NCBI GenBank assembly: GCA_951406725.2
Contig: OX597823.1
Coordinates: 30,318,001-30,382,000 of the forward strand
Reading direction: 5' to 3'
Length of the DNA: 64,000 bases
DNA from: Octopus vulgaris
Lineage: Eukaryota
The notes beneath the pieces were generated by a model. It saw nothing but the letters and a program-made list of their open reading frames with translations, was not told where the DNA came from and ran no database searches. The translations under genes and the position numbers were made by a program. Shown here piece by piece: positions 43,849-56,142 of the stretch. The first letter of the stretch is position 1. Every line of letters starts with the position of its first letter.

Positions 43849-45261
43849 TTATAGTTCATTCCAAAATCCCAACTTGAGTTCATTCTGGTTATCGCATGCC
43901 AATATAATTCCGTTTTGGTTAGTGACAGCCATAGAACAAGGACAAGCTAAACCATCTTTTGGCGACAAGAAGCAACTTAACTTCTCCGTTTGCGTGTTTA
44001 GTCTGAGTATTTTGTCAATGCCGAATCCTTGGCTGATATAAACATCGCTTCCTAGCGAAACGACATCTGTTGGTTGTCGAATGTTATAACTAGTCCAGCC
44101 GACATAGGGTTTGAAACAGTAGACAATCCCATTCGATGTGTCAGCGATATAGATATCCCCTTTCGATGTAAGGTGGACACGTTTATGACCCTTTAAACTA
44201 TAGAAAGGAAGCTTAAGGATTGTCAGTTCGATGGTTGTGTCATGTGTAAGACTTACGAATTTCAGGAGCGGCTCTCCATAACCGATGGCCAAAAGATGCG
44301 AATCGCTATAGAAATCAATGCCACTGTACTGAATGGATGTCCGAAACACATGAAGCAATTCAAAGCTTTTTGTGGGCAACAGCTTAACAACATAAAGTTT
44401 TTGGCAGCTAGCTGTCACTACAATTTTATTTTTACCGAACCAACATATCCCATATGGTTCATGGGATAACACCAAACGAGCCACCACTCGCTTATTATCG
44501 TACAAAGACAAACATTTACGACTAATATTAATCACTACATAATAACCTTCGTTGGTTCTAAGTAATCCACGGTAATTCCAGCCGCGATATGATCTCACTA
44601 CTGGTGACATACTTAAGTCCGTAACTGCTGATTTCTTATACTTGCTGTCGTGTCTTTCTTTGGATTCGCCTGTATCTATCGCCATGTTTCTTCCTCCGGT
44701 TTTATATATTTCTCCACCATTACCTGATGGAGTTGAAAACAACACAGCTTCCTTCAAAAACGGGAGAATTTTGTTCTGGATTTCAATATAAACAGAAATA
44801 ACTTTCTTCATCTGTAATTCTCTGTTTGGATAAAAATGTTCTCCCTTGTTTTGCGGACGACAAACTAAAGATTTCTCTCTATAACACAAATTTTCTTTCA
44901 CCGTCGGAACTTTGTAAGGATCTTCTGGTGCCGCTTTCGTTTTCCTTATTTTACTTTCGTCATCCATTAGATGTTTCAGTTGCTTCTCAAGTCTGACCAA
45001 CACATTCATGCAGGTATCAATGGGAAACTGTGTGACCAATTGATCTAAATTGGAGTTCGATAAACAGTGTATTGATTTACGGCATGTGGGACACAAGAAA
45101 CAGCTTTCCTCTTTGACCTGCTGTAATTTACTGGAAATATATTCCTTCAGACAATTGGTACAATATGTGTGGAGACATGGCAACACACGTGGTTCTGTGT
45201 AATCTTCAAGACATATTATACAGGCTGATAATGTAAAGTCTGTTTCGGCAGCTTCTGCCAT
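43849..45261 (-). CDS. RING (C3HC4) + NHL-like beta-propeller protein, TRIM-like E3 ubiquitin ligase, 470 aa, uninterrupted ORF
   Basis: CIICLEDYTEPRVLPCLHTYCTNCL..CPTCR TRIM-type RING; C-terminal repeats EPYGI, YSGI, DIYIADTSNGIV, IRQPTDVV, LACPCSMAV..ILACD; only long complex ORF in the window. Confidence 0.88.
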   Translation of the reverse strand: MAEAAETDFTLSACIICLEDYTEPRVLPCLHTYCTNCLKEYISSKLQQVKEESCFLCPTCRKSIHCLSNSNLDQLVTQFPIDTCMNVLVRLEKQLKHLMDDESKIRKTKAAPEDPYKVPTVKENLCYREKSLVCRPQNKGEHFYPNRELQMKKVISVYIEIQNKILPFLKEAVLFSTPSGNGGEIYKTGGRNMAIDTGESKERHDSKYKKSAVTDLSMSPVVRSYRGWNYRGLLRTNEGYYVVINISRKCLSLYDNKRVVARLVLSHEPYGICWFGKNKIVVTASCQKLYVVKLLPTKSFELLHVFRTSIQYSGIDFYSDSHLLAIGYGEPLLKFVSLTHDTTIELTILKLPFYSLKGHKRVHLTSKGDIYIADTSNGIVYCFKPYVGWTSYNIRQPTDVVSLGSDVYISQGFGIDKILRLNTQTEKLSCFLSPKDGLACPCSMAVTNQNGIILACDNQNELKLGFWNEL

Positions 45262-45462
45262 TATCCTCTCCTCCTTTTGAAATGGCTAAAGAAACTTTTG
45301 TCTCAGACGTAACATCTCTCCTATATATATACTCACCAACGTGTGTGTGTGTGTGTGTGTGTATGTGTGTATGTGTGTGTGTGTGTGCGTGTGTAAGCAG
45401 ACGCGTAGATTTTTATGTATGAATGTGTATGTATATATATATGTGTGTGTGTGTGTGCGTGT

Positions 45463-45516
<54 letters not shown>

Positions 45517-45769
45517 GCATGATAGTGTGTGTGTGTATGTGTGTATGTAAATGCATCCATGCATGTCTGTAAGCGCGTGTGTGTGTATGAGAATCCGACT
45601 CGTGTGTTTATGTTTTTTGTTTGTGGTGGAATTCAAACTTTGGACTTTCGTATGTTCGGTTGCTTTTGTTTGTGTCTTCGTTTATTCATCGCTCCTCCTC
45701 CTCCTTCTTCTTCTTCTTCTTTGTTGGAGTCTAAATACTAGAGAATGGTATTGTCTTTCACTGACGGCT

Positions 45770-45899
45770 GAAGAAGAAGAAGAAGAAGAAGAAGAAGAAG
45801 AAGAAGAAGAAGAAGAAGAAGAAGAAGAAGAAGAAGAAGAAGAAGAAGAAGAAGAAGAAGAAGAAGAAGAAGAAGAAGAAGAAGAAGAAGAAGAAGAAG

Positions 45900-45931
<32 letters not shown>

Positions 45932-45952
45932 GTAGTAGTAGTAGTAGTAGTA
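45770..45952. repeat. Pure (GAA)n tract (~160 bp) followed by (GTA)n
   Basis: Directly visible, ~0.5 kb upstream of the RING ORF start. Confidence 0.95.
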
Positions 45953-46787
45953 GTTGTTTACCCATTCTGATTTCATCAATTGATGAGGAGGGTGACGACA
46001 ATAACGTTTCATAATTTGGCACAAGGCTTGAAGGTTGGCGCGTAGGCAAGTCGATTAAATCGGCCCCAACACTTTGTTTGCACTTATTTCATTGAGTTCG
46101 GAAGGATAAAAGTCAAAGTCGACCTCAGTGACATTTGAACTCAGAACGTAAAGTCCCAAAAGAAACGGTGCTGCTGATCCGATGCGTTAATGATTCCGCC
46201 AACTCAGCGTCTTAAGTTTGAGGGCAACGTTCAGTTGATATCATCAACCCCAGCTCTTAGGTCGCTGTCTTGGTTTATTGACCCTTGAAGGATGAAAAGC
46301 AGATGTAAACTCGGTGGGACTGCAACTCACGTTAAGACCCTGAAGAAAAGCATTTTTCTGATCATTTAACGATTCTGCTATATCACCACTTTTGATTCTG
46401 ACTTTCATAGGGTATCAAATTTTGGGACAAGACCAGAATTTTTTAAGAGGGTTAAGTCGATTTTATTGACGCCAGTGCTCGGCTGGTACTTATTTTATCG
46501 ACCTAGAAAGGATGAAAGACAAAGTCTAACCGGGGAGACTTTGTGAAGTTGGAAGAAAAGCCACAAAGCATTTTGCACGGAAACGATTCTATCAGCTGAC
46601 CACCTTGACCCTCATAAGAATGTTGGTTTCAAATTTTGACACAAGGCCAGCAATTTCGGGGTAGAGGTTAAGTGGATTACATCGGCTCCGGTGTTCAACT
46701 GGTACTTATTTTATCGACACCCAAAGGTGGAATTTGAACTCAGAACGTAAAGACAGATGAACTACCGCTAAAAATTTTTCTCGGTAT

Positions 46788-46999
46788 ACTCTTTTACTTG
46801 TTTCAGTCATTTGACTGCGGCCATGCTGGAGCACCGCCTTTAATCGAGCAACTCGACCCCGGGACTTATTCTTTTGTAAGCCCAGTACTTCTTCTATCGG
46901 TCTCTTTTGCCGAACTGCTAAGTAACGGGGACATAAACACACCAGCATCGGTTGTCAAGCAATGCTAGGTGGACAAACACACTCACACAAACACACACA

Positions 47000-47038
<39 letters not shown>

Positions 47039-47195
47039 CGGGCTTCTTTCAGTTTCCGTCTACCAAATCCACTCACAAGGCTTTGGTCGGCCCGAGGCTA
47101 TAGTAGAAGACACTTGCCCAAGGTGCCACGCAGTGGGACTGAACCCGGAACCATGTGGCTGGTAAACAAGCTACTTACCACACATCCACTCCTGC
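46788..47195 (-). mobile_element. Full-length SINE family B inserted into an older family A SINE
   Basis: Family A sequence breaks at ..ctcggtat| (46787) and resumes |gctaacgattctg (47234). Confidence 0.85.
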
Positions 47196-47801
47196 GGATT
47201 GTCAGCTCGATGGTTGTGTCATGTGTAAGACTTGCTAACGATTCTGTATTCGGTATGCTAATGATTCTGCCAGCTCGCCACTTTGACTTTGATAATAATA
47301 GAGATTTCAAGGCCAGCAATTTTGGGGGAAGGGTAAATAAATTACACTCCAGTGCCCTGATAATAATCTTAAAAGCTTCTTACATTGGCATAAACCATAA
47401 ATCAAGAGGCAAGGATGTATCAATTAAGTCAAGCTCTGTACTTGGTTGGTACTTTATCATCCGAAAGGATGAAAGAAAAGTCTGTCTGCAGCTGCATTTG
47501 AACTTGGGACGTAAAGAGATGTAATACTTTCTAAGCCTAGATACAAGACAACACAATTTGGAAGAATGAGGTCAATTAATATTAACCAGCACCCATTTGA
47601 GTTGAGATGAAGTCCACGGCCCTTCGCAAGACCAATAAATGCCGAATGCATGCCGTGAAATCCTTCCACGTGAGATGCCGATCGAGAAAGATACGAGATC
47701 AGAGCAAAATAAAAGACAAAGCTGGGTTTTCAGTAAAGTGTGACATATGGTTTATATGGTAACAGCAATCCAGGGCGATAAATAGTGTTGTTGTTGTAAA
47801 T

Positions 47802-48178
47802 ATTGTTTGCCAACATAACATGACAGTCCTGGTTTAGGACGAATGTTGCTGTAATCTAGCCCCAGGAAGCACCGTCTCCAGCTGACTATACGACACGATC
47901 TGTGTCCTTATATTTTCGAACAAGGAAATCTAGCACCCCCTCTCAGCTCAAAACAATATCTGTGTATCGCGATATCCGGTCATTTCCCAGGATAATTGTT
48001 CGAAAATATAAGGACACAGATTGTGTCGTATAGCCAGCTGGAGACGATGTCTTCTGGGGCTAAATTACAGCAACATTCGTCCTAAACCAGGACTGCCATG
48101 TCATGATGGCAAACAATCTTTACTCCAAAGTACTGTTGCTGAATATCTCTCATTGTGAGATTTAAAAATAGTATTTTT
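47802..48178. repeat. Long fold-back element, second copy, opposite orientation
   Basis: Homologous to 41578..41966; arms ~47802..47923 and ~47996..48118. Confidence 0.85.
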
Positions 48179-48824
48179 GCAATTGTTGTTGTTTAGACTT
48201 AGGTCAGTCTTAGTTGCGCTCAGTTACAATTAAAGTCCTCGATGGTGGTTCTCATGTCTCCTTTTAGGACTCTTTTGTTAATCTAACACATCCATCGATT
48301 TCAATGACAGTTTGCTGAAAGACGAATAAGATTTGGTTGCTCTTTCTAGCAAGTTCAGTGACCATGTTGAAGAACCCTTGTTGGTTCGTTGTCGCTGCTG
48401 TTATTGATGTTGCTGTTGCAGTGGTTATATCATTGTATTGTTGTTGGTTGTAGGGTGGTTGTAATGATTGTGATGGTAATGGCGGTTATATTGTTGGTCG
48501 TGGTTATTATTTAGCTCTTATTTATATTGTAGCTCGTGGTTGTTATTTAGTAACCAGTCTGTCCTTCAGTATTTCTTTAGCTACATTCGTCTAATGTATT
48601 CTTCCTTCCTTTCTTTCGGCCGATAGAATGAGATGTGGGAGAGAGTTGGCTGTTATTTCCAGCAGGATAAGTCACTAAGTAGGCTTGTTGGCTCGCATTT
48701 CTATAGATATTGTTCTTCTTGTTGGTGATGGTGTTGACGTAAGTGGTGCTGGTGAAAGTAGTTGTAATGGTAATAGTGATAGAGGTGATGGTGAAGGTGA
48801 TGATGGTGATAGGGGACCATCGCT

Positions 48825-48899
<75 letters not shown>

Positions 48900-48972
48900 A
48901 AGATGTTGCATAAGTATGCGACAATTTAATTAAACTTCAAATAAAGTAAAAAGCCTCCAATATGTTCTTCGT

Positions 48973-49028
<56 letters not shown>

Positions 49029-49165
49029 CATAATAATAATAATAATGCATTAATGCACGTGATGTCATGTGATTGGTTGAAAGATTAAATAACATCGATG
49101 TCGTTTCCGCTGTAATGCAATCGCTTTTCATTAAACGTACCTGACTGGAGCGGCACGAAACGATA

Positions 49166-49199
<34 letters not shown>

Positions 49200-50014
49200 A
49201 ACATACATACATACACATAAGGTAGTTGTTCTGGCGTTGAACAGCGATCGTATATGTATATATGTATGTATGTATGTATGTACATGTGTATATATATATA
49301 TAAACCTCATTGATCATTAGAATATTTATTGTCAGCAAAACCCGTGAGAAATTTCAGTCACGAACAGCTTGCGCAGTAATTTAGCAATTCTTATTTCATT
49401 ATGAAACCAAGGAACCAAAGGGCAAGCTAAATAAGACACCTGCACCAGCAACCTCTCCTAAGGGCATGCTATAGCAAATCTAAAGAATACCCTACTTCTA
49501 GTAGTGGCTTTACAACTCACGGGTTCCCACCGTACCAGAATTTCTAAGCCTTCATGTAACTGCTAGTCGTTGAAACTGAGCTGGGTTGATTTGTCTTTTT
49601 GACATGTATTGTTTTTATGCTAGTGGTTTTTAAACAATTCTCCTCACCAGCCTAGTTATAGCATCGGCTGTACTATCACCGAGAGCCCGACCATGCAACA
49701 AGTTGTAATGGATTGCATGTAACTAGTACTGCTCACAGAGTGACTTGACATACGTGGTGGTGGTTGCCTGCTCCTCATGCAGATTTTGACCACCTCCTGT
49801 ACCTACACCTTAGCACCATCATGGCATCTGATGTGGCTTTTTAAACCAGACAATATTCTGAAAAGACACCCACATAGATTGCACATCCGATTTGAACCAC
49901 TAAGAGCAGCAGATAAATTCTGTTCTTTGTGGATCTTAAAATGTCTTCTGAGGATTTGCAAACCTTCTGGCATGCACTGCATTCAAAAGCGTGCACATAC
50001 ATATATTTTTTTTT

Positions 50015-50240
50015 TTACTACCCACAAGGGGCTAAACATAGAGGGGACAAACAAGGACAGACAAAGGGGTTAAGTCGATTACATCGACCCAGTGCGAAAC
50101 TGGTACTTTATTTATCGACCCCGAGAGGATGAAAGGCAAAGTCGACCTCGGCGGAATTTGAACTCAGAACGTAACGACAGACGAAATACCTCTAAGCATT
50201 TTGCCCGGCGCGCTAACGTTTCTGCCAGCTCGCCGCCTTA
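50015..50240 (-). mobile_element. SINE family A, full length
   Basis: Complete family sequence. Confidence 0.88.
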
Positions 50241-50289
50241 GAGTTGGTGGAGGAGCCCAGCAAAAGACAGACGTGGTCTGTCACAGACT

Positions 50290-50555
50290 TTGCCCACTGG
50301 AAGGTCATTGTCATTCACCTTCTCGATCGTTACATTATTCCTTAGATCTCTTTTAAATCTTACATGCGTTATCCTAGCCTCTTCAAATGCTATCACTCCA
50401 CTCCACACCTTTGTTCGTCATCCAACTCGATCCGAAGCAAGGGTTTCTATATCTTCTGGATTCATTCCAAGTGACTTCATAGTCCTTATGCCGTCCTTAA
50501 ACGTATTTTTTTAGGTTTACAGCGATAGCGTTTCCCCTCTGCAAGTTCACCATAA
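50290..50555 (-). mobile_element. RTE LINE fragment
   Basis: YGELAEGKR..KIRLRTA / MKSLGMNPEDIETLASDRVG*RTKVWSGVIAFEEARI; same family as 34325..34920. Confidence 0.75.
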
Positions 50556-51339
50556 AACATATGTATATACATACATACATACATACATACATGCATACAT
50601 ACATACATGCATACCTACATACATACATACATACATACATACATACATACATACATACATACATACATACATACATACATACATACATACATACATGCAT
50701 CCACACATATTTACATACGTAACTACAGCTATAAATTTATATCAAAGTTCTTTTGAGCACTTGTGTACATGACCCAATACCACTCTTGGAAAGGCTGGAA
50801 TCACAAAAGTAGAAAAAACCCTCCTAATAAGAAGACTGCAGCCTACAAGCTGTCAGACATAATGTCAAAATAGTTGAAACGTTCAGGAAGTTTAACTTGT
50901 AATAAGATCCATAATAAGATCCACTTATGCAACGCTACCTATGTCCATGCCCATGTGCATATGTGCACATATGTGTATGCACACATATGCAATCATACAT
51001 GTATATATGAACTCATATACCCATGCATACATATATGTATGTATATATACAAAGCTACTCTATTTAAGGTTGTCCAAATTGTAATGAAAAAGCGTTTAGA
51101 AATGACTCTTCAACCAAGAACATACATATATGCATATATACATGCTGATTGCCACTTCTTTTCAAAAGATTACATCTCTTCATTGAACATTGCACAATCA
51201 TGTGCACGCAGGTCGCTTTTCAGCCCAGCTTTCGTTCTGCAGAAACATTCACAGAAGTGACAGTTTCTTTTTCAGGACAAATGCACCCACAGTACGCATG
51301 GCGATGGAACTATCTCACAATCAGCTCGATTTCTCCCTG

Positions 51340-51700
51340 GCTTATGTGGCCTTAAGACGGCTTAGGAACCCACCTCTTGGGAGAAGAAATCGTCAACATA
51401 CATTGCACTTCAGTTCCTTCTGGGTTCCTGCAGGGTTTCTGCAGGTATTACACTTGGGCCCCGCTTTCGGGGAGAGCACTTTAGAGAGACATCGAAACGA
51501 AGACTTGAAGTTTCTTACACGTGGGTGTTGAGTGACACTCGACTCTACAGTATTCCATCCGTCGTTTGACAGGTTTTGTTTTTCACTCGGCTGGATGTCC
51601 AACGAAAGTTACCCTCCTTACCAAGAAAGCTTGGTGACGTGGCCACTGATGGCCCGACTATGCGACAAGTTGTACTGGGTTACATGTTACCAATAGCACT
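51340..51700 (-). mobile_element. Internally deleted RTE-like relic
   Basis: KSSFRCL..CNTC..KCNVC finger-like remnants plus UTR-like segment shared with ~33520..33625 and ~49660..49745. Confidence 0.5.
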
Positions 51701-52088
51701 AAGAGCGACCTGACATACACACATACATACATACACACATACTTACACGCACACACACACACACACATACACATGCACCATATATACATACATATACACA
51801 CACCCACATAGACACACACATATATTCATACATAAATACATGCATACTTACAAACATATATAGAAACATACATACATACAGCCACACACAAATACATACA
51901 TCCACACACATACACGCACATGCCACAAACATATATACATACATAAATACATACATACACGCACATACACACACTTATATGCATACATAAATACATACAT
52001 ACAAACATACACACATACACACACATACATACAAACATACATACACACACATACACACATGCATACATACATACATAAATACATACAC

Positions 52089-52149
<61 letters not shown>

Positions 52150-52691
52150 CATAAATACATACACGCACGTACACGCACACATATATACATACGTACACAC
52201 ATACATACATACATGAAATCCAAAAGAAGTATTGTCCGTCGGAGGAACTTGTTCACTGTCTGATTAGATTAAATTACACGGAAACGTTTCATCTTGTATC
52301 CTGCATGAGGATGGTGAAGAGGCCAAAGCTCTGAATATTGTGAAAAGCAGTCCTTGTTATGGCATTCTCAAAGGAAACTGCGATGGAATTTGTCCAAAAT
52401 AAATATTTTTATATGATGTCTAGCAACAGCTTTATCAATGACCCATCCATTTCTCTGGTATCTGATAAGGAATGTTATTATATTTACCTCGGAAAGGAGG
52501 AAGGTATATGTTATGTAAGAAGGAGCGCGTAACCGATGAATATAACACCCGGCGAAAAACAACTCAACAACAATTATACAAATAAGTCAAAATGCCCTGT
52601 GGCATGCATTTGAACAACACAGACAAATACAGCTTTATCAAAATGCCATACAACATGCTGTAGTGTACATGAACATTGTCTGCAACAATTT

Positions 52692-52855
52692 CATTATTGT
52701 TATTCAAGTCAGTGCCTGGATTCGAACTCGGAAACTTGGAGTTAGTAGGCCGCGCTCTTAACCACTACGCCATATGCCCGTGGACTATGGCGTAGTGGTT
52801 AAGTGTGCGGGCTACTAACCCCAAGATTCTGAGTTCGATTCCAGGCAGCAACTTG
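52692..52855. mobile_element. Head-to-head inverted pair of tRNA-like heads (same family as 31013..31092)
   Basis: 52692..52783 (-) and 52786..52855 (+) both contain tatggcgtagtggttaag..gagttcgaWtccaggca. Confidence 0.85.
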
Positions 52856-52931
<76 letters not shown>

Positions 52932-53100
52932 GCCCTGATGCAGTACCAATGCCCTGATGCAGTACCAATGCCCTGATGCAGTACCAATGCCCTGATGCAG
53001 TACCGATGCCCTGATGCAGTACCAAAGCCCTGATGCAGTACCAATGCCCTGATGCAGTACCAATGCCCTGATGCAGTACTAATGCCCTGATGCAGTACCA
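52932..53100 (+). repeat. 19-bp tandem repeat gccctgatgcagtaccaat, 8 full copies plus a ninth running into the element
   Basis: Counted by eye; unit equals the 5' end of the ~555-bp element. Confidence 0.92.
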
Positions 53101-53638
53101 GGCAATGGCTCTCATGGCTTCTGATCTTAACTGATTGGAAGTGTTATCATGTACATTGTTTTGTCTTCGTATAAAAGATGGGCTACAGCAAATATTCTGC
53201 TCAATACCATAGATTTGCTTGTCAGTTGTTTGACCGTAACCAGTTGAGCATGTCCCTTAGTGGCTGACGATATGTGCATCTCTGATCACGAGCAGAAGTA
53301 GTGGGGGAGCATCATAGCCATGTGTTGAGAGGGATTCTTTGGGGTTTGAATAATTCACCTCTGGAAACATGGGTGGTTCTTTCAACATCCTTAAACAACC
53401 CTTATTCAGGGACCGCTTGAGCGGGATGGGCTACTCAACCTGAAGAAAATTCTAACTGGGCCCCACCTGCAAGGTCATGTGCTATTTATCTTGATATGAG
53501 ATCACCATGTCGCGCACATATGGTTGTGATGCATGTGCCTGGTGTGCCCTTATCAGACGGGTAGTCATGATGGGTATATTGGGCTTCGTATATTTTACCC
53601 CAGTGTCACTTTGATGGCATGAACTGCTCTCTCACTCA
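53084..53638 (+). mobile_element. ~555-bp non-coding (TAA)n-inserted element, second copy
   Basis: Near-identical to 23490..24046; ends ctctcactc(aat)n. Confidence 0.85.
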
Positions 53639-53918
53639 ATAATAATAATAATTATAATGATAATATGTGTGTATGCATGTGTGTATGCGTGTGGATGTAT
53701 GTATGTATGTATGTATGTATGTATGTATGTGCGTATGTATGTATGTATGTTTGTATGTATTCGAAATTTCCCCAGGACACCTGATGACATCATCATCATT
53801 GTCATTATCATTTCTCTTTATCACAGGCTTTGTTGGAGCTCCTGGAGTCTTGCATGTGTAGCGGGCTTGCTACCTGCAGCCTACGGTACCATACTATCCA
53901 TTCTTTTCAGTTACCTAA

Positions 53919-54031
<113 letters not shown>

Positions 54032-54042
54032 TACATTCTTAA

Positions 54043-54192
54043 TTTATTGAAATCATCTCTCACCTCCAGAGGATGTGTCGTAGTTACCGAATAGCAATTA
54101 AGACTAGCTCCACCAAGGAGCAAGTCTTAATTGCCATTTGTCATTAGGCAATTAAAACTCATCCTCTAGAGGGGCGAGAGGATTTTAATAAA
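54043..54192. repeat. 150-bp imperfect fold-back
   Basis: Outer arms tttattgaaatc..cagaggatg / catcctctagag..gattttaataaa; inner gcaattaagact/agtcttaattgc. Confidence 0.75.
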
Positions 54193-54662
54193 TCAATGAT
54201 TTATACTGTATGGTATTTGTCTGTTGTTTAAAAATATAGTTTTTCAGAACTCTCTGCATTCTGGAAATTACTATCCCAAAATGACTCTCTCCCTCTCTCT
54301 CTCTCTCTCATTTTCTTTCTCTCTTTATCTATCTCTCATTCACACTCTCTCTCCTTCTCTATCTCTCACTTTCTCCCTTTCTTTTATCTATCTCTCATTC
54401 TCTCTCTCTCTCTCTCATTTTCTTTCTCTCTCTTTATCTATCTCTCATTCTTTCTATTTATGTCTTATTCTCTATCTCTCATTCTCTCTCTCTCTCTCAT
54501 TTTCTTTCTCTCTCTTTATCTATCTCTCATTCTTTCTCTCTCTCTCTCTCTCCCTCTCATTTTCTCTCTCTCTTTATCTATCTCTCATTCTCTCTCTCTC
54601 TTTATTTATGTCTTATTCTCTCTCTCTCATTTTCTCTCTCTCTCTTTTTATCTATCTCTCAT

Positions 54663-54747
<85 letters not shown>

Positions 54748-55114
54748 CTATACTCTGTTGTCTTCCGTTCCCAAGCATTCAGCTCTCTCTTCATTCTTTA
54801 CTTCTGCTCCGTCCTATCAGCATTCTTTGCCACTTCAGCTCTAAGAACAATGAACTAATTTTTGCATCTCACCGTTTGAACACCAAAATTCACCATCGTT
54901 TCTTTTTTTTTTTTTTTTTTCTTTCAGCGTTTCTGTTGCGCAGTAATGTAATCATGTTCAATAGCTGTTGGGCCTTAGTATGTCTTTTGACGTCTCCAGA
55001 AGTGTAAAGAATTTGGCAGAGCAGAACATAATGAACTGGAAATAATACTGCAAGGCTTTTAGCCCGATGCTCTAACGATTCTGCCAAAGTAATATGAGTT
55101 TGTGCGTATGTGCG

Positions 55115-55185
<71 letters not shown>

Positions 55186-55325
55186 GCGTGTGTGTGTGTA
55201 CACTGGAAAACGTGACCTTCACAGTAACTAGTGAGGATATCGCATAAGCGGTCATTGTTCACTTTTTGACCCTCTTCAACTGTGAATTTAGAGAGATAAG
55301 TCAGTCAGTCTGTTGGGCTTATATA

Positions 55326-55389
<64 letters not shown>

Positions 55390-55391
<2 letters not shown>

Positions 55392-55730
55392 CGCAAGAGT
55401 GGCTGTGTGGTAAGAACCTTGCCTACCAACCACATTGTTCCGGGTTCAGTCCCATTGTGTAGCACCTTGGATAAGTGTTTTCTACTATAGCCTCGGGCCG
55501 ACCAAAGCCCTGTGAGTGGATTTGGTAGACGGAAACTAAAAGAAGCCCGTCAATATACAACCGGTTATGGTGTGTTTACGTCCCTGTAACTTAGCGGTTC
55601 AGCAAAAGAGACCGATAAGATAAATACTAGGGTTACAAAGAATAAGCCCTGGGGTCGATTTGTTTGACTAAAGGCAGTGCTCCAGCATGGCCGCAATCAA
55701 ATGACTGAAACATATAAAAGAATAAAAGAA
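55390..55730 (+). mobile_element. SINE family B
   Basis: Family head, body, tail. Confidence 0.85.
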
Positions 55731-55790
55731 TACTTTCACGCATTTATATACAAATATACATATACATAAATGCAAATTATATATATATAC

Positions 55791-55913
<123 letters not shown>

Positions 55914-56092
55914 CATATATATATATGTGTGTATATATATATATTTATTTTCTTATAAAAGAGTGTGTGAGAGAGAGAAGGAGTGAGAAAGAGAGAGATA
56001 GGAAGAGAGAGAGAAGGTGTACTTTTACTTATTTCTAATGTTTGTAGACGGGAAGCTAATCTAGCTTAACTGCGCTCCGCACAGGCTTCCTC

Positions 56093-56142
<50 letters not shown>

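Noticed and set aside
52932-53100. CRISPR-like array
   Set aside because: Head-to-tail 19-mers with no spacers, eukaryotic context, no cas genes
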